A stretch of 64,000 nt of DNA from a virus. Taxonomy: Duplodnaviria; Caudoviricetes. The translations under genes were made by a program, and so were the position numbers. The notes under the pieces are model-generated. The model saw only the letters and a list, made by a program, of their open reading frames with translations, did no database searches and was not told where the DNA came from. Positions 29,471 through 44,400 of this stretch are shown piece by piece. Location: positions 1,168-65,167 of IMG/VR virus record IMGVR_UViG_3300035703_000089; one strand, given 5' to 3'. Each line of letters starts with the position of its first letter. Within the stretch, counting starts at the first letter, position 1.

Positions 29471-32400
29471 TTAGCAAGGTTTTAATTCGTATAGATTTTT
29501 AATTTTACTCTTCTTTCTAGTTACAGGCATTAAGTCAGTGTCAGTTGGTTCATTTGTTACAGTACCAAATATATCATCTTCAGTAGTTAAACCTTTAGCA
29601 GGTCTATTGTTATCAGTTTTATCAGATAATACATAAGCATTTTGTGTAGGTCTACTAAATGCAACATATTTTAATTTATTTCTTTCAGAAGCATTACTAT
29701 TTTTATCTATGTTATTTTCATTAACTAATACATTAGTATAAGTGCTTCCTTGAGATTTATGAACTGTTATAGCATATCCGTAGTCTAAATCTTTTTTAAC
29801 TATTAACTGTCCACCTGGCCCATATAAGTTTTCAAGCAATAGGTATTTATTTTTAAATGCAAAATAACTAGGCCATAATTTTCTATTCTGTTTTGCAGCA
29901 TTTAATTTCTGATTAAATATTTGAACAAATTTAACATAATTATTTGTATTTGGAAGCAAAATATTTACACTTAATGGATTTCCTGGTTCATCTATTAAAT
30001 CTAATTCAGCAGATATAACATCTAAACCATCAGAAGTAGTTTTATTTGATGTTTGAACAACTACGTAATCAGCACTATTTTCAATAGCTTCATAAGGGCC
30101 AAGCTGAATTGTATTGTAAGCCATTAATAAATCTCCTTGCAATACAGGCTCTGTAGGATTATCAAATAAACTATTTCTTATTATGCCATTCCAATATTTT
30201 ACATCATCATTAGTCCATGTTAATATCTTAACAAAATCTTTATCTTTTTTATATTCTTCAGAATTATAAAGTTCAATAGCTTTTTTCTCAAATTCTTTAT
30301 ATTTTTCAGTAAAAACAATACCTTCGTTTTTATTATTAATAGATGTAGTGTGGATAAATCTATCTATTAAAGAAGTTAAATTATTTCTTATAGAATCATA
30401 TATTAGCATTAAAGGATTATCACCTTTTTGACGCTCAACTTTAGTTAATTCAGATTTATTAGGCAAAGAAAATACTTGACTTATTTGCTCTCCAACTGGA
30501 GGTAATTGAGCAGCATCACCCATAAATAATATTTTAGTACCTGCTTTTTCAGCTTCTTTAAGCAACAAATTAAACAAGTCTTTGTTTAGCATTGAAGCTT
30601 CATCAATAATAATTAAACCATACCTGTTTATTTCTTTTTCTCCTTTAGGATCAAATTGAGGTCTATTAATATCAAAGTTATCTAAATCAGTGTTAGGCAT
30701 TAAACCTAATAGTTTCTGAATAGTATAACCAGTTTTTTTAGTAGATTTTTGTATAACTTTTTTAGCTTTATGAGTAGGCGCAGATACAGCAACTCTACCT
30801 TTATACTTATCAAGTATAGATTTAACTAAAGTAGTTTTACCTGTTCCTGCAAAACCTGACAATGTATAAAATAAATCATCACCTTTTAACCATTCATTAA
30901 TATTATTAATAGCACTTACTTGTTGATCATTAAAAGTAATTACTCTACCATCAGGTAATTTGTACTGATTAGATTCAACAACTTCTGAAAATGGCGTTGA
31001 AATATTTTTAGTAGGATCTTTAGCTTCAGCAAACTTATTTATTTGTTGAGGATCAACATCTCTGTTAGTATTAAATGCTGATAATAATAAAGCTTTTCTT
31101 TCAGGTTTACCTTTGTAATCAACTACATCAATACCTGTTGAACCATCTTCACTTAATATTACTTTATAAGGTGCTCCAAAGTATTTATAATCAGCAGTTT
31201 TTTGCTCAACTTTAGGTGTAATTTTTACATCTTTAAAATCTTGAGTTGTATAACTTACTATTTTAGTATTAGCTTCTCCATGCGCATATTTAAATATGTC
31301 ATTATTTCTTTGTAAAACACTAACATTATCAGAATAATCATAAGATATTGAGTAAAGATTTATTATTGTTTTATTTTTAGTGTCAACTAAATATTTACCA
31401 GGTTTAAACCCTCCTCTTTTATAATCATATGCACTTCCAGCATCTAAAACATATCTTTCTAATATATAGAATCTTTCAGAGCCTTTAAATATTTCATCTA
31501 AACTATATCCAATTGATTTAGATAATAGTTTTTCAGAAGCAGCATTTTTATGTAAATCATAATTACCATGAGTTGTAACTAGAGTTTTAGTTGGTGCATT
31601 TTTAATTACTTCATTAAATGCATCTTTAACAGTAAAATCTTTTTGTTCAGTAACAGGAGCAGAAGGTTGAGTAGTAGGTTTATTAGTTGCTTTAAAAGTA
31701 TTAGCATATACATCTCTAATAGCTTGTTTAGCAGCTTCTTCAATCTCTTTTCCTTTATATTGTTCTCTTGGCACCCATTTACCTTCCTTTTGTACATTAT
31801 AAGATTCAATATCTCTTGAACCTACGCCAGCAAAATTTTTAGTAAGAGTTGGAGTTTCAATCTCTTTCCAGCCATTATAATCCCATTTATGTTTAGTTGA
31901 ATCATAACCTGTTTTAAGAAACTCAGTATCTTGTGTATACCATTTTTTTGTATCTAAATCAAATACATATACAGGTTTACCCATCTTTATTCCTAATTTA
32001 ACAGCCGTATTAGTTCCACCCATAACTTCAGGTCTTGTAGTAGGACTGATTTCAGCTATAGCAAATACAGCATCAGCATTAGCTACTTGGTAATAATTTC
32101 TTACTTGAAGATTTCCTTGTAAAGTATCAGGATATTTTTCTCCAAGCAGTCTTTCTACCTCTAATCTAGCCTTGTCCATTTGTTCTTTAGTAAGAATAGT
32201 AGCTTTTACACCTGCATTTCTAAGTTTTTGAGATAAATTAGCATTGCCAGCATCTTTATAATGCATATGATTAGTAACACCAAATTCTCTACCTATTAAA
32301 TCCCAAAAAGTATCTCCGCCATAAGCTCCACCAGAATGATTCGTGTAACTTAAAGGATTATTGTCAATAGTGCTTTCAGATAATTCCTCAGCATATTGAG

Positions 32401-35400
32401 GATTAGTTAAGTTAATTAACTCTACTATATTAGATACAGCATTTGATAATACTGAATTTTCTTTAACAGGAAATCCTACTGAAGCTAATAATTTGTTAAC
32501 TAACTCAACAAATCTATCAAGTATTGTTTTATTGCTATCAAATGGAATATCATTAAGTATTTTTTGGAATTCCATATCAGTCATAGCCATTGTAAAGAAT
32601 TCTGAAAACTTATAAGCTCCATAATTCTTGCTTACTTGAATTTCATCAACGTGTTTTTTAGACTCATATGTTTTAACAAATTCATCATATTGAGCTTGCC
32701 ACTTAGGATTACTTTTAATTTTAGCAACTAAAGTATTTTGCATTGTTTTTAATGAATTGCAAATTCTTATTTGCTCATCAGTTAACTCACCTTTATTACC
32801 AGTTTCTAAATACTTTTCATAATCTTTAGCAATATAACCTGTTAAATGATGTACTAACTCGTGTAACAATGTTCTTTCAAAATCTTCGTCAGATCTAGTA
32901 TTAGCTTCATTAATAACAACTGTACCTTCTTTAGTTTTTCTATCATAAGCATAAAATCCTTTAACGTTTGGATCATTACTTATAGCAATGTTAACTTTAG
33001 GACTATTTTTTAAAGCCTTTCTTATTTCAGGCGCTAATGCTTTATGTAGTAAATTTGTAGATGTTTTAGATATAATGTCTAATGCATTATCAATGTTTAC
33101 TATATTATACTTAATAACTCTTCTAGTATCTGATAAATTATTAGCTACACCAGGCATTTCTTTTTCAACAACATCTCTAGTATCAGTTTTAACAGGTTGT
33201 TTAGGTAAAGGCTTATTAGCTTTATTCTCATAAACTAATGAATCAACGTTAAATTCACCTTGTGTATATTCTGAATAACCAAATGAACCTAATGTATCTA
33301 TTAACACATATTTACCATTTCCAGTATATTGATAAAGTTTAAAATCTAAATTAACAAACTCTGGTAATACTTCTAAAAACTCATTAGTTTCAGGCATAAC
33401 TCTACCAACTAGTATATCACTAGCAAGTTTATTTGTTGTTGTAAATTCAGTAATAGTTTTATTAAAATCACGCTTAATTGACTTAGGATCAATTTGTGAA
33501 AGATCATCTTTTAACTTAATAGCTTCACCAGGATTATGTTGTATATATTGTTTAACAAAGTTAGATACTTCATAGTAATTAGATTTTTGATTTAAATCAA
33601 GTATACCTAATAATTCTGGATCCTCAAAATTTAAGTTTCTTAAGTTCTCATCAAAACCTATTGCTCTTAAATATGAATTAGGTATATACTTACCAAACTG
33701 AATAGCTTGTTGTATACCGCCTGATATGTAAAAATAAGTAATCATGTTCTGAGCTAACTCAGTAGTTGCTTCATTACCTATTAAATCAATAAATCCTTGG
33801 TAAACATTTAATTCATCAAAATTCTCTGCAGCTCCTGCATTGTATTTAATTAATGAAGGTTTATTACCAGTTGGATCTATATCAACCATTAAACGTGTTA
33901 TAAATGGATTTTTAGAGGTCTTTTGTAATTCCTTAACTTGTGACGCTAAAGATTTATTACCAGCTCTATCAAAGAATAACTTTTCACGTAATGACCTAAC
34001 ATTTTCATTATCTAAACCTAAACTTTGCTTAGAATAAACAAATGATTTAATACCATTAAATATCTTTAATCTTTTTTCATTAGTCAATACTTTTTTACCA
34101 AGTACTGATTGTAGCTCATTAAATACTTGTGATATCTTACCATAAGGAAATAAATGATACCATAGACTATTGTTTAATCTTAATGCATCATCTGTTGCAA
34201 AACCATTAATAGTATTATCTAATAAGTTTTCAACATTAGCAATGTATTTGTTATCAAATAACTCATTAACCTTTTCTTCCTTGTAGTTAGACTCAATTAA
34301 TGATGGAGATATACCAGCACTATCAGTATTAATAGTTAACTGAATATTACTAATTTCTTTACCTATTTCCCTTGCTTTATTAAACTTAACTAAAGCTCTA
34401 ATCTGTGTTTTATAATAGTTAGGATCTTTTTCACCCATCTCAATACTACTCCACATTTCTTCCTTAGTTAAAGGGTAGTCAGGATCCATTAAAGATGCTG
34501 CAAGAAAAGAGTCTATATTACCTTCAGTAGCATATTTGTTTATTAACTTAGTAATAATAGTTTGTTCAGGGTTAGATATAAACTCATCATTTACAGAGTC
34601 TTGTGACCTAGCCATTTCATTAGCATAGTCAAATATTGCATCTTGTGAAGTTAATGGTGCTATAAATGATTCATCAAATCCTACTGCAGCTAATGCTCTT
34701 TCAGCATCAAATGTATAATTATTAGAGTTAATCTTTTCTAAGATTTGTTCCTTTTCATTATCTACAGCAGCTGACTGATAAGCAGAAACAGTATTGATTT
34801 TAGGTTTATTATTTATACCATCTTTTTCAGATATATTATTAAGTTCAATTGCTTTACCTGATTCGTCACCAAATACTAAGTTAATTTTAGTTTCTATAGG
34901 ATTAAAACCACCTGAAACAGTTCTTAAATATAAATCTTTGCCTTGTGATATTGCAGTAAATACAGAGTCTAATGATTTAACACCAGTACCTGATTTGCCT
35001 GCACGAGCCTTTAAATACTTTTCTTTTTGATAAGTATCATTTAACTTAGTAGCTTTAAATTTAGATTCTAATCTTTTACTTCTATATGAATCAACTTTAT
35101 TAGCTATACTTGGTAGTTCACCAAATCCTAAAGGATTAACTATGTTAGTAAATAAATTAGGATTTGACATTACAGATATATGAACATCTAATAATTCATT
35201 TTGTAATTTCTTTTTAGCTGATGAATCATCTCTTACAAGTTTACCATTTTCAATTTTAGCATTGTACATGTAAGTATATAACTTATCCACGTCAAAGTCA
35301 CTACCCATTTGTTTAGTAAAATCTTTAGGCGCTATAACTAAATCTCCCATATAACTTGGTAAAAACCCTACTACTTCTACGTAACTCATAGAACTATGTA

Positions 35401-38400
35401 ACTGTGTAGGTATACGGAAACCAAATCCTGTTAATAATTTTGGATCTATTTTAGAAAGATCTAAGTATCCATCTCTAGTCATAAATCTTTGTAGATTTAC
35501 AGGATTACCTTCTTGATCTTTTAACTTATTAGTAATTAATATTTGAGCAGGCAATACTTTGCCTGTTTTTTTGTCTATTCTCATAGGCAATAAACCTGTT
35601 TCAGGGTTATAAGACTTAGTATAAATAATATCTTTACTCTTGCCTCTAAATCCTTCTTCAGAACCTAATACAAATGAATTACCACGTAATTTTTGTTTAC
35701 GCACCTTATTATCAACTAATGAACTTAATAAAGCTTCAATCTTATTTGCAGATGTACTAGCCCATAAAGGCATTGCAAATTGATCTATTATTTCATTAAC
35801 TTTTACTAACCTTAAAGCATCAATATCATTTTGTGGCCATCCTCTACCTTTAGCTTCTTCAATAAGTAATTTTTGTACTTTTACAAGGTTTAAATTACCA
35901 CTATCATCAGTTATTTCTTTTAATAAAGCTCTTTTACCATTTGCAAATAATTGCTTGTTTAAAGCGTTGTATTCATCTTGTAATTGTTTACCATTAATAG
36001 TTTCACCATTATAGTTAAAACCTTCCATATCTAATATGTTGGCAAATAATAATTTAGCTTCTTGTGAACCTCTATTTACAGAATCTTTTTCAGCATCAAA
36101 AGGTACATCTTGTTGTATTCTAAAACCACTTCTATCTAATAACATCTTATTATCAAATACTAGATTGGATTTAATAGTACCGTCTTGATTAAATATATCT
36201 ATAAATTCTTTAGGGCCACCTACTTTAGTAGCTGTTTTAAATGCTAATCTATCAACGCCATTCTTAATCATAGCATCTCTTAGCTTATCCATTTCAGGTG
36301 TTAATCCTTTAACTAAAGGAAATGAAGATGATTTAATGTATATCTTCCTGTTGACATCCATTGATGGTTCTAATTGCGTATTAACATAAACAGGTTTGAT
36401 AGGTTGAAATATATCAACAAAGTCATATTTATTTAAAGTACCCTTTTCTTCCCTTTCAAGTAACTCTTTAACTTTTTCAGGACTTATTTTACCAGATTTT
36501 TCTAGTACATATAAATGCTCAGCAAGTATAGTAAGTTCTTGAGCGTCAGTACCTTCAATATCATAATAAGGATAAGAATCTAAAGCTTCTTTTTCTTTTT
36601 TACTTAATTTATTAAATTCTTCTACTGATAAACCATCCAACATTTTTAATAGTTGTGGAAAATTCATTGAAACACTTAATGCGCCACTTGCATCTTTAGC
36701 AAACGCAACAGTAAATTTATTATTTTTTGAATCAGCTAATTCTAATCCTGGCGCAATTTCAGCAGCAAGACGTTTACCTACGTTAATCCAAGTTTTTTCA
36801 GCATCCTTTTTAAAGAATAGTGCAGGATCACCTACAAACAGTTGAAATGAATTAGCATTTGCTATAACATAATTAATTACATAGTCAGCTGCAGCATAAG
36901 TAATTACATCACTCATGTTCTTATTAGCTTCACGTAAATTATTTCTTGCAGCAGTTATATAAGTTTTATCAGCAAATTTAAATGAATCTTTAGTTGTTAA
37001 ACCTAAGTCAGTCCAATGCTGTTTCTTAGCTTCAATCAATTTTAATGCATGATCAGCAACAAATTCCTTAATTATATTTTGATTTATTTGATTTAAAGGT
37101 TTAAGAGTTTTTCTAGTAATTTCTTTACCATTTTCATCAGTAATAGTTGTTTCTTCCCATAATGCCTTATTGTTATTTAATTCCTCAAAAAAATAAAACA
37201 TATTAGGGTTATAACCATCTATATCATTCTTAATATTATAAGATTGCAGAATTCTTTTATATTCAGCTTCAACAACATCATATAAAGCATCTTTAGTACT
37301 TTCACTTAATTCAATACTTCCATCTTCATTAAACAACACTTGTACATTATGCCTCAAAGCAGTAATACCAGTCATTGTAGATTTATCTGACATTGTAGGG
37401 AATAAGAAATGAGATATTTTCTCATCTTGCCTTCCATTATTTTGATTCCAGAATAAAGCTAATTTAGTTAACTCATGTTCCCTAGATGACATATGATCTA
37501 AAGTAACACCTTCTTTTTTATATTTTAATGTATCTAAATAGAAATAATCAAATACTTGACTAAAGTATGAATCCTTATTCTTAAGTTGTTTACCCCAACT
37601 AGATGTTGAAGCAAAACTTGTACTCATTAAATTGTTTAAATAGTTACCAACATTACGTTTTAATCTGTAAAACTGATTGATAAAATACTTATTATTTGAA
37701 TAAGCAAATACACTTTTACCTTCACCATTTTTAAATGAATTACTAAAGTGTGCATCAGAATATAATGCTTCAATAGCAGCTAATTTCTTAATACCACTAT
37801 TGTTAGTTAAAGGATTGTTTGTATCAAACGTATCATCAGCACTTAATGTTTCTTTAGATAGATTTGCAACTATGTTAAAGAATATACCATTTTTATCAGT
37901 AAATTGTTTAGCATATGGACTCGTAGGATTGTTTTTAATGGCTTCTAAAGTATCCATTGATACTTCTATGCCAATTTTAGCTAACCACGCTTTAACAGCG
38001 TTTAAATCGTTTTTATCAATACTATTTAATTCATCAACTAACTCTTTACGTTTAGAGTTATCAATTATTAAATTACCAGGAGTAGTTTCTTTTACTAAAT
38101 CAGTAGTTTTAAGATTTGCTAACCATTTAGATTGTATAGTTTTAATAATAGCATTTTGGTCAGAATCCATTACTTTAATGGAAATTCCACCTGTTTTAAT
38201 GCTACCAAATATTTCAGCTATTTTAAAATTTGCATAATGCTTAGTTGCCCATTGAACAAATTCATTTTTAATTTGATCAGATGCATTATCTAATTCATTT
38301 TTAACTTCTTTAACCCAAGGTTTAACTTTAGCAATTTCACCTAATCTAGCACTAATATCTGCATAAGATGCTTCCATGCCAGCTAATTGACCTGATAGGT

Positions 38401-41400
38401 AATTAACTACCTCATCAAACGGCATATAAGTATCTAATTGTAAATAAGATTTAGTAGGACTAGTAATAAATGATAAAAATTGCTTTAACCTAGATGACAT
38501 TGATTCTTTAGAGTCAATTAAGAATGTTGCCCCATCATCATAATTTACCTTTTCATTATTAGATTCAACATCTTCAACACCTACTACATCTTCAACAGGA
38601 GCTTCAGTAGTTTTACCTTCATTACTTATTTTACCAGGTTGACCAGGTACTTCTTTAACATTAAACAAAGTTAATCTTTGTTCAGATTGTTTAACAAACT
38701 CTTCGTAATTATCTAGTATCTTTTTAAATTCATTAGCATAATTAACTTTACCACGATCCCTAAATGCTTTTTCATACTCAACAAAAGTGTTTTTAAGTTC
38801 ATTATATAATGCAGATTTAGTTTGAGCACCTTTCTCTTTTAAAGATTTAAGTACAAACCCATTCATTATATTAACAACCTGACCTTGCCTAAATGCATTA
38901 AAGCCTGGTATTAATGATGAAGCATCAGCAATTTCTTGTTTAGATTTAGGTGATAATGTTGGAGGAGATAAATCAACAGATCCTGTAAATTCTTTAAATC
39001 CTTGTATATCTTGTTTAGAACCTAGTATATGAATTTGTTCTGGTTCAAATACCACATAACTTTCAACATTTTGAGATTCATCTTCAATGCCTTTAATAGT
39101 ATCAAAATTATCTTTATTTAAATTTTTTACTATTTCAGAATTTACTTTAGAAATTTCTTTTATGTTTTTACTATTTAAAACGACAGAATACTTTTTAAGT
39201 TCTTTTTTTGCTTCTTCTGTAGTCATTATTACTCCAGAATACAAAGCATGTGATTTTATTTTTTCTGCAATAAGCTCTTCTGCATATTTTATATTATCTG
39301 TAAAATATATACCGTTATCTCTTTTAGTAAAATTATTTATAATATTATAGCCTACATGATAAACAATATCTTTTACTTTACTTTCAGGAAATATAGTATC
39401 AAGATATTGAGAGTATGCTTGTAGAGCTTGTTGTTTTTGTTGTGGAGTTACTTTCTTTAATATATCTTTTGTAGCTTTTAGTTTTTCTTCTTTAGTTAAA
39501 AGAGGATTTTCAGATATTTGATCAAGATCTGCAATTTCTAAATAACTATTTATAAATGCATCCTTTTCTTCTGTAGTAGCTATTTGACCATCAATAAACT
39601 TAATTTCTTCTGCAAATCTTTGTTTAGAAATTTCTTCAGGACTTTGGTTTTCACTAAAATAGAAATATCTATTATCAGAAGTTTTTACTAAATCAATATA
39701 AAAAGCATCTGTATTATCTCCAGCTCTAAATAAAACAGTAGATTTATCTTTAAATATATCTTTTAGTTTTTCTGTTAAAGCTAATTTATTTTTAGTTTCT
39801 TTACTATATTCTTTAAACCCTAAAGCTTCGTACACAGCATTAGCTAATTCAGGATTAGATTCAAATAGTTCTGCAACACCTTCTTTAATAGGCTGTTTAG
39901 CTTCAGAACTTAATACTACAGGTGATTCATCAACTAAATCTTTCTCATCATTTAAAGCATCAAAATCTATTTTACCTAATTTTGTAGGATCAGACTTTGT
40001 ACTAGGTGTAGTATAACTAGGTTTTGATGAGTCATTAAGAATATTCTTACCTACCTCAACAGCTTCTTCAAATGTTATTACAGGTTGTACAAATAGAGTG
40101 TAACTACCATCTGGTAACTTAATATCAGATACGTTAGTAGTTGTATTATTTTTAATAAATTCAGTGTAAGTAGATTCTTTATAAGTTACTTTACCTTTGT
40201 TGTCAATATATACTTGTTTAAATGAAGGTTTATTTAAGTGTTTTAAAAATATAGAAACAAATGATCTTTTAATTTGTTTATTAAAATCACTCTTATTAAA
40301 GTTTGCTAAATTACCTACAGACTTAAGAACGCCTCCACCAGTACCATATTGTATTCCGCTACCTAGTACATTTAAAAATAATTTTGTATCATTTTTAACA
40401 TTATTATTTAAGTCAGCTTGATCAAAACTAGCGGTAGCTACGTATAGTTCAAAGAAACTTCTTAAACCATTAGCTGTAAGAATATCTATACCTGTTTGTT
40501 TAAGTATTTCATTACCAATCTTAGCATCTTGTTTAAAGAATGCTTCAGCAGCATTAGTTAATGTATCAGCAATTTCATCACTAATCTTATTATTAAATAC
40601 TGGTATAGCAATAGTTTTACCTGCAACAGGTGTATCAACTACCATGTATACTAAACCAGCTTTAACATCTTTGTTAATAGGCTGATTGCCATTTAAAGGC
40701 TTATCTAATCCTTCATAAAAACTATTATTCTTACCTATTACAAATTTAACATTAGGGTTTTTAATAACTTCAGAAGTTGGTTTATCAACTTTCTTAGTAG
40801 TAAAGTTTAATTTACCTAATGTTTTATTACTTATAAATACTTTCTTAGTTCCTTTAGCTACTATATCTTCACGCAAAGCTTTTAACGCATTACGTTGTAT
40901 TTCAATGTTATTACCCTTAGATGCTACGTTAGATTCTGTAATCCAATCTAAAGTATGTAAATACCCTATAATCTTACCTTCTTTATTAGTAATCTTAATA
41001 GGTACTAAGTAAGGATTATTTTTAGTTTGTTCATAAGTAATAACTGTACCATCTTTTAAAGTTAAATTAAATGTAGTATCAACTGATAAGTTTAACTCAT
41101 CACCTACTTGATATTGTTTACCTGACAATAACATAGGTTCTTGGATTAACTCATTAAGTTGATCTTCAGATATATCTTCTTTTCTAGAATAAGTTACTTC
41201 ACCTAATTTAGCAAACTTTGATATATAAGATTTAGATAAATACGCAATACTCTTTGCTGCATTAATAATTAAATCACCTAATGTAACTGAATTACCTTGT
41301 GGACTTACAGATTCACCTTGATCATTAGTAAACTCTAAATCTTCATTTAATTCATTTTCAAGGGCTTTTCTTTCCTTATAACCAATTTCAGGTACAATCC

Positions 41401-44400
41401 CATCATTAGCATTGACAATAATATTTTCCTTAGTATTTTGAGCATCTTCAATCTTTTCAATTTGTTTATTTAATTCTTCTTTAACACCATACTTTTGTTT
41501 TACTAGATTCTCTAAATCATTAAATCTTTCATTAATAATGTTAATAGAATTTTCTAATACTTCTTTAGGTAAATTAGCATTAGTTAAATCACTAATAGCC
41601 TTTTCCTTTTTATTATTAAGATCTTGTAATTCAGATTCAAGTGTAGCAACTTTAGGTTTACCACCTTCTAAAGATTTTAGTTCTGCATCAATTTTAGATT
41701 GGTTTTTAATATATCCATTAACATCTGAAAGTATTCCTAAAATACCAAAAGGATTATTACTTTTATCTTCTCTAATACTTTTACCATCCCATATTCCAGT
41801 TCTTTCTTTTTCAGCATAAAAAGTTATTTTATCACCAACTTTAAGCTGTGATGCTACTTTATCTGGATTTAATATTTCAGTTCCTTTTTTAGCTAAACCA
41901 GTGCCATCAGATATTTCTTTTAGAGAATCTCTAGTAAAAGTATTTGCTTTTTCTATATCAGCTTTAGTATTAGTAGTAGTAGTTGCACTTTTTAAAGCAG
42001 CTAGTTCTGCATCATATTTAGCGTTAATTCTTCTTTGTATACCTTCTATAAGTTCTGGTTCATAATACTCTCTAAGTTCGTTACCATCTGTAAATCTAAT
42101 TACAGCTGTACTTTTATCAGCTAAAGGAGTAATAGCTCTTATTTTAAAACCATCTAAATTTACTATTTCTTTTAATATAGGTTGTCCTGGAATGCTTGGT
42201 AATTCTTCTTCTACATCAGCTTCAACAGTATCTCCTATTTTAAAATCTGTATAAGATTTAGGAGCTTTATCTAACTCTTCTTGCCTTCTTCTTTCTATAT
42301 CAGCTCTCTTAGCTTCTATGTCTGTAGCAGTTGTTGCAGGTTGTTTATTAGATAATAGTTCTTCTACCGCTTTTACTAATTCAGGATTACTACCATCTTT
42401 TTTAGCTTTGTGATAAGCTTCTGAAACATCAGTAAATATATTTGAATCTTCTAATCCTGCTATTTTTTGAATTTTTTCATACTCATTATATTTTTGTTGT
42501 TTATAATAAGCGTTGTATAATCCATCGGTTGTACTTTTTACATCTTTTAATACATTTTTAGTTTCTATATCAGTAACACCTAATTCAGTTTCTAAATTTT
42601 TTTCTTCAATATTACTTTTAACAAATAAGTTATTCCAGTTAATTTTATCTTTTGAGTTCCACCATTTTTCTTTTTTTGTTTCATTGTCTACCAATAAAAT
42701 ACCTTTTAAATACTGATTAGATCCTTTTCCTCCAACATTAAAAGCTTTTATTGTATAACTATTAGCAACGTCTTGAGTGTTTGTATATAAATTATATAAA
42801 ATATCACCTTTTTTTAAATCAAATTCATTTACTGGTATAAATTTATCTTTACTTCTTTTTTTACCAACGTTTAACTCAGTTTCAGTAGGTTCTATTGTTT
42901 CACCAAATATATCACCTGCAGGTTGACTAGTTACATTAGCTTTTTGTTCTTCAAAATTAGCTTCATTCTCAGCATCCTTGTTAAGTATATCTAGTATATC
43001 TGTAGGTATATTATTGCCAGCAACTTTTAATTCTTCAACTCTACTATCAATAGCTTTTTTATTAGCATTGTAATAAGCTAATTCTTCTTCAGATGCTAAT
43101 TGTTCACCACTGTTAATCTTGTTGGCAAACATGTCAATAATCTTTGCTTGTTCAGTCTTTGCAGCTTGTTCAGCAGCTAATTTAGCTTCATTCTGAATTC
43201 TAGCTAATTCCTCTTCAGCACCTTTTTTAATCTCATCTCTACCTTCAGGTGTAGATAATTTATATAAAGCCTCTTTATTTTGATTAAATGTTCTAGTATC
43301 TAACTCCTGATTTCTAATTAAATTAATTAACTTAGAGTCATTAGGAGATATTAATTGCTTATCAATATCTTCTTTAGAACTATAAACTCCTTCAGATAAT
43401 AATAAGTTATAATTTTCAGCAATTGTTAATTGTAATTGTTTAGCCTTATCTGCAAATTGAGGTATATCTTTAATAGCCTCATATTGCATTTTAAGATTTT
43501 TAAACTGATACAATGTAGGATCTTGTAAGTTTAATGAAAAAGCATCTTCAGCTTTTAAAGATGTTAATTCAGTATTTATATTTTTTAATCTATTTTCAGT
43601 TAATTTTTGATCTATTGCATAATCTAATTCAGTAGCCTTTGCAATATCATCTTTAGTATTATCAGATGCTAATGTATTCCTATAATCTTCAGCAAATTTA
43701 ATTACCTGTTTCCTGTCATTTAAAGTCTTTTGTGACTTAACTCTTTCTTCAGGATCATCCATTGCTTCAGGAGTCATATCTAACATTGATTTAAAATTAT
43801 CAAGGTCAGTTATATTATCCATTAATGTTTTATGAAAAACATCATCAGTAGTTCTATTAAATGATTGTTCATCACCTTTAATTACAGCAGTATGTAATTT
43901 AATAATAGCTTCTTGTTGTTTCTGAAGCTTTTCAATATTTTTATTTTCACTAAATTTACCAACACCTGCAAATATACCTCCGCCTAATCCACCTAAAAAT
44001 GCACTAGTCCAAAATTCACCATCTTTTGCATAATCTAATGTTCTGTCAATCAATGATGATTTATCATCTTCTAATACACCAGATTTAATTAATGCGGCAC
44101 GTTTAGTTTCTTCATTAGTAATAAACTGATAAGCTTCTTCACCAGCCTCTTGCCCCATTGTTGTAAGTACATCAGATAAACCAATTCTTTGATCTTTAAT
44201 CATTTGGCTAAATGACTTATTTAACAACATGTACTGAGGTAAGTCAGTTGCAATATTTGCCCAATTTAATTTATAGTTATTAGCTGCAGCTTCACCAGCT
44301 ATAGCTTTTTTCTCATCTTCAGTAAATAATTGATTAGTGTTAGGATTAATCTTGCCTTCTAATTTCCTATAAGTATCTTCAAATGTTTGACCACCTTCCA

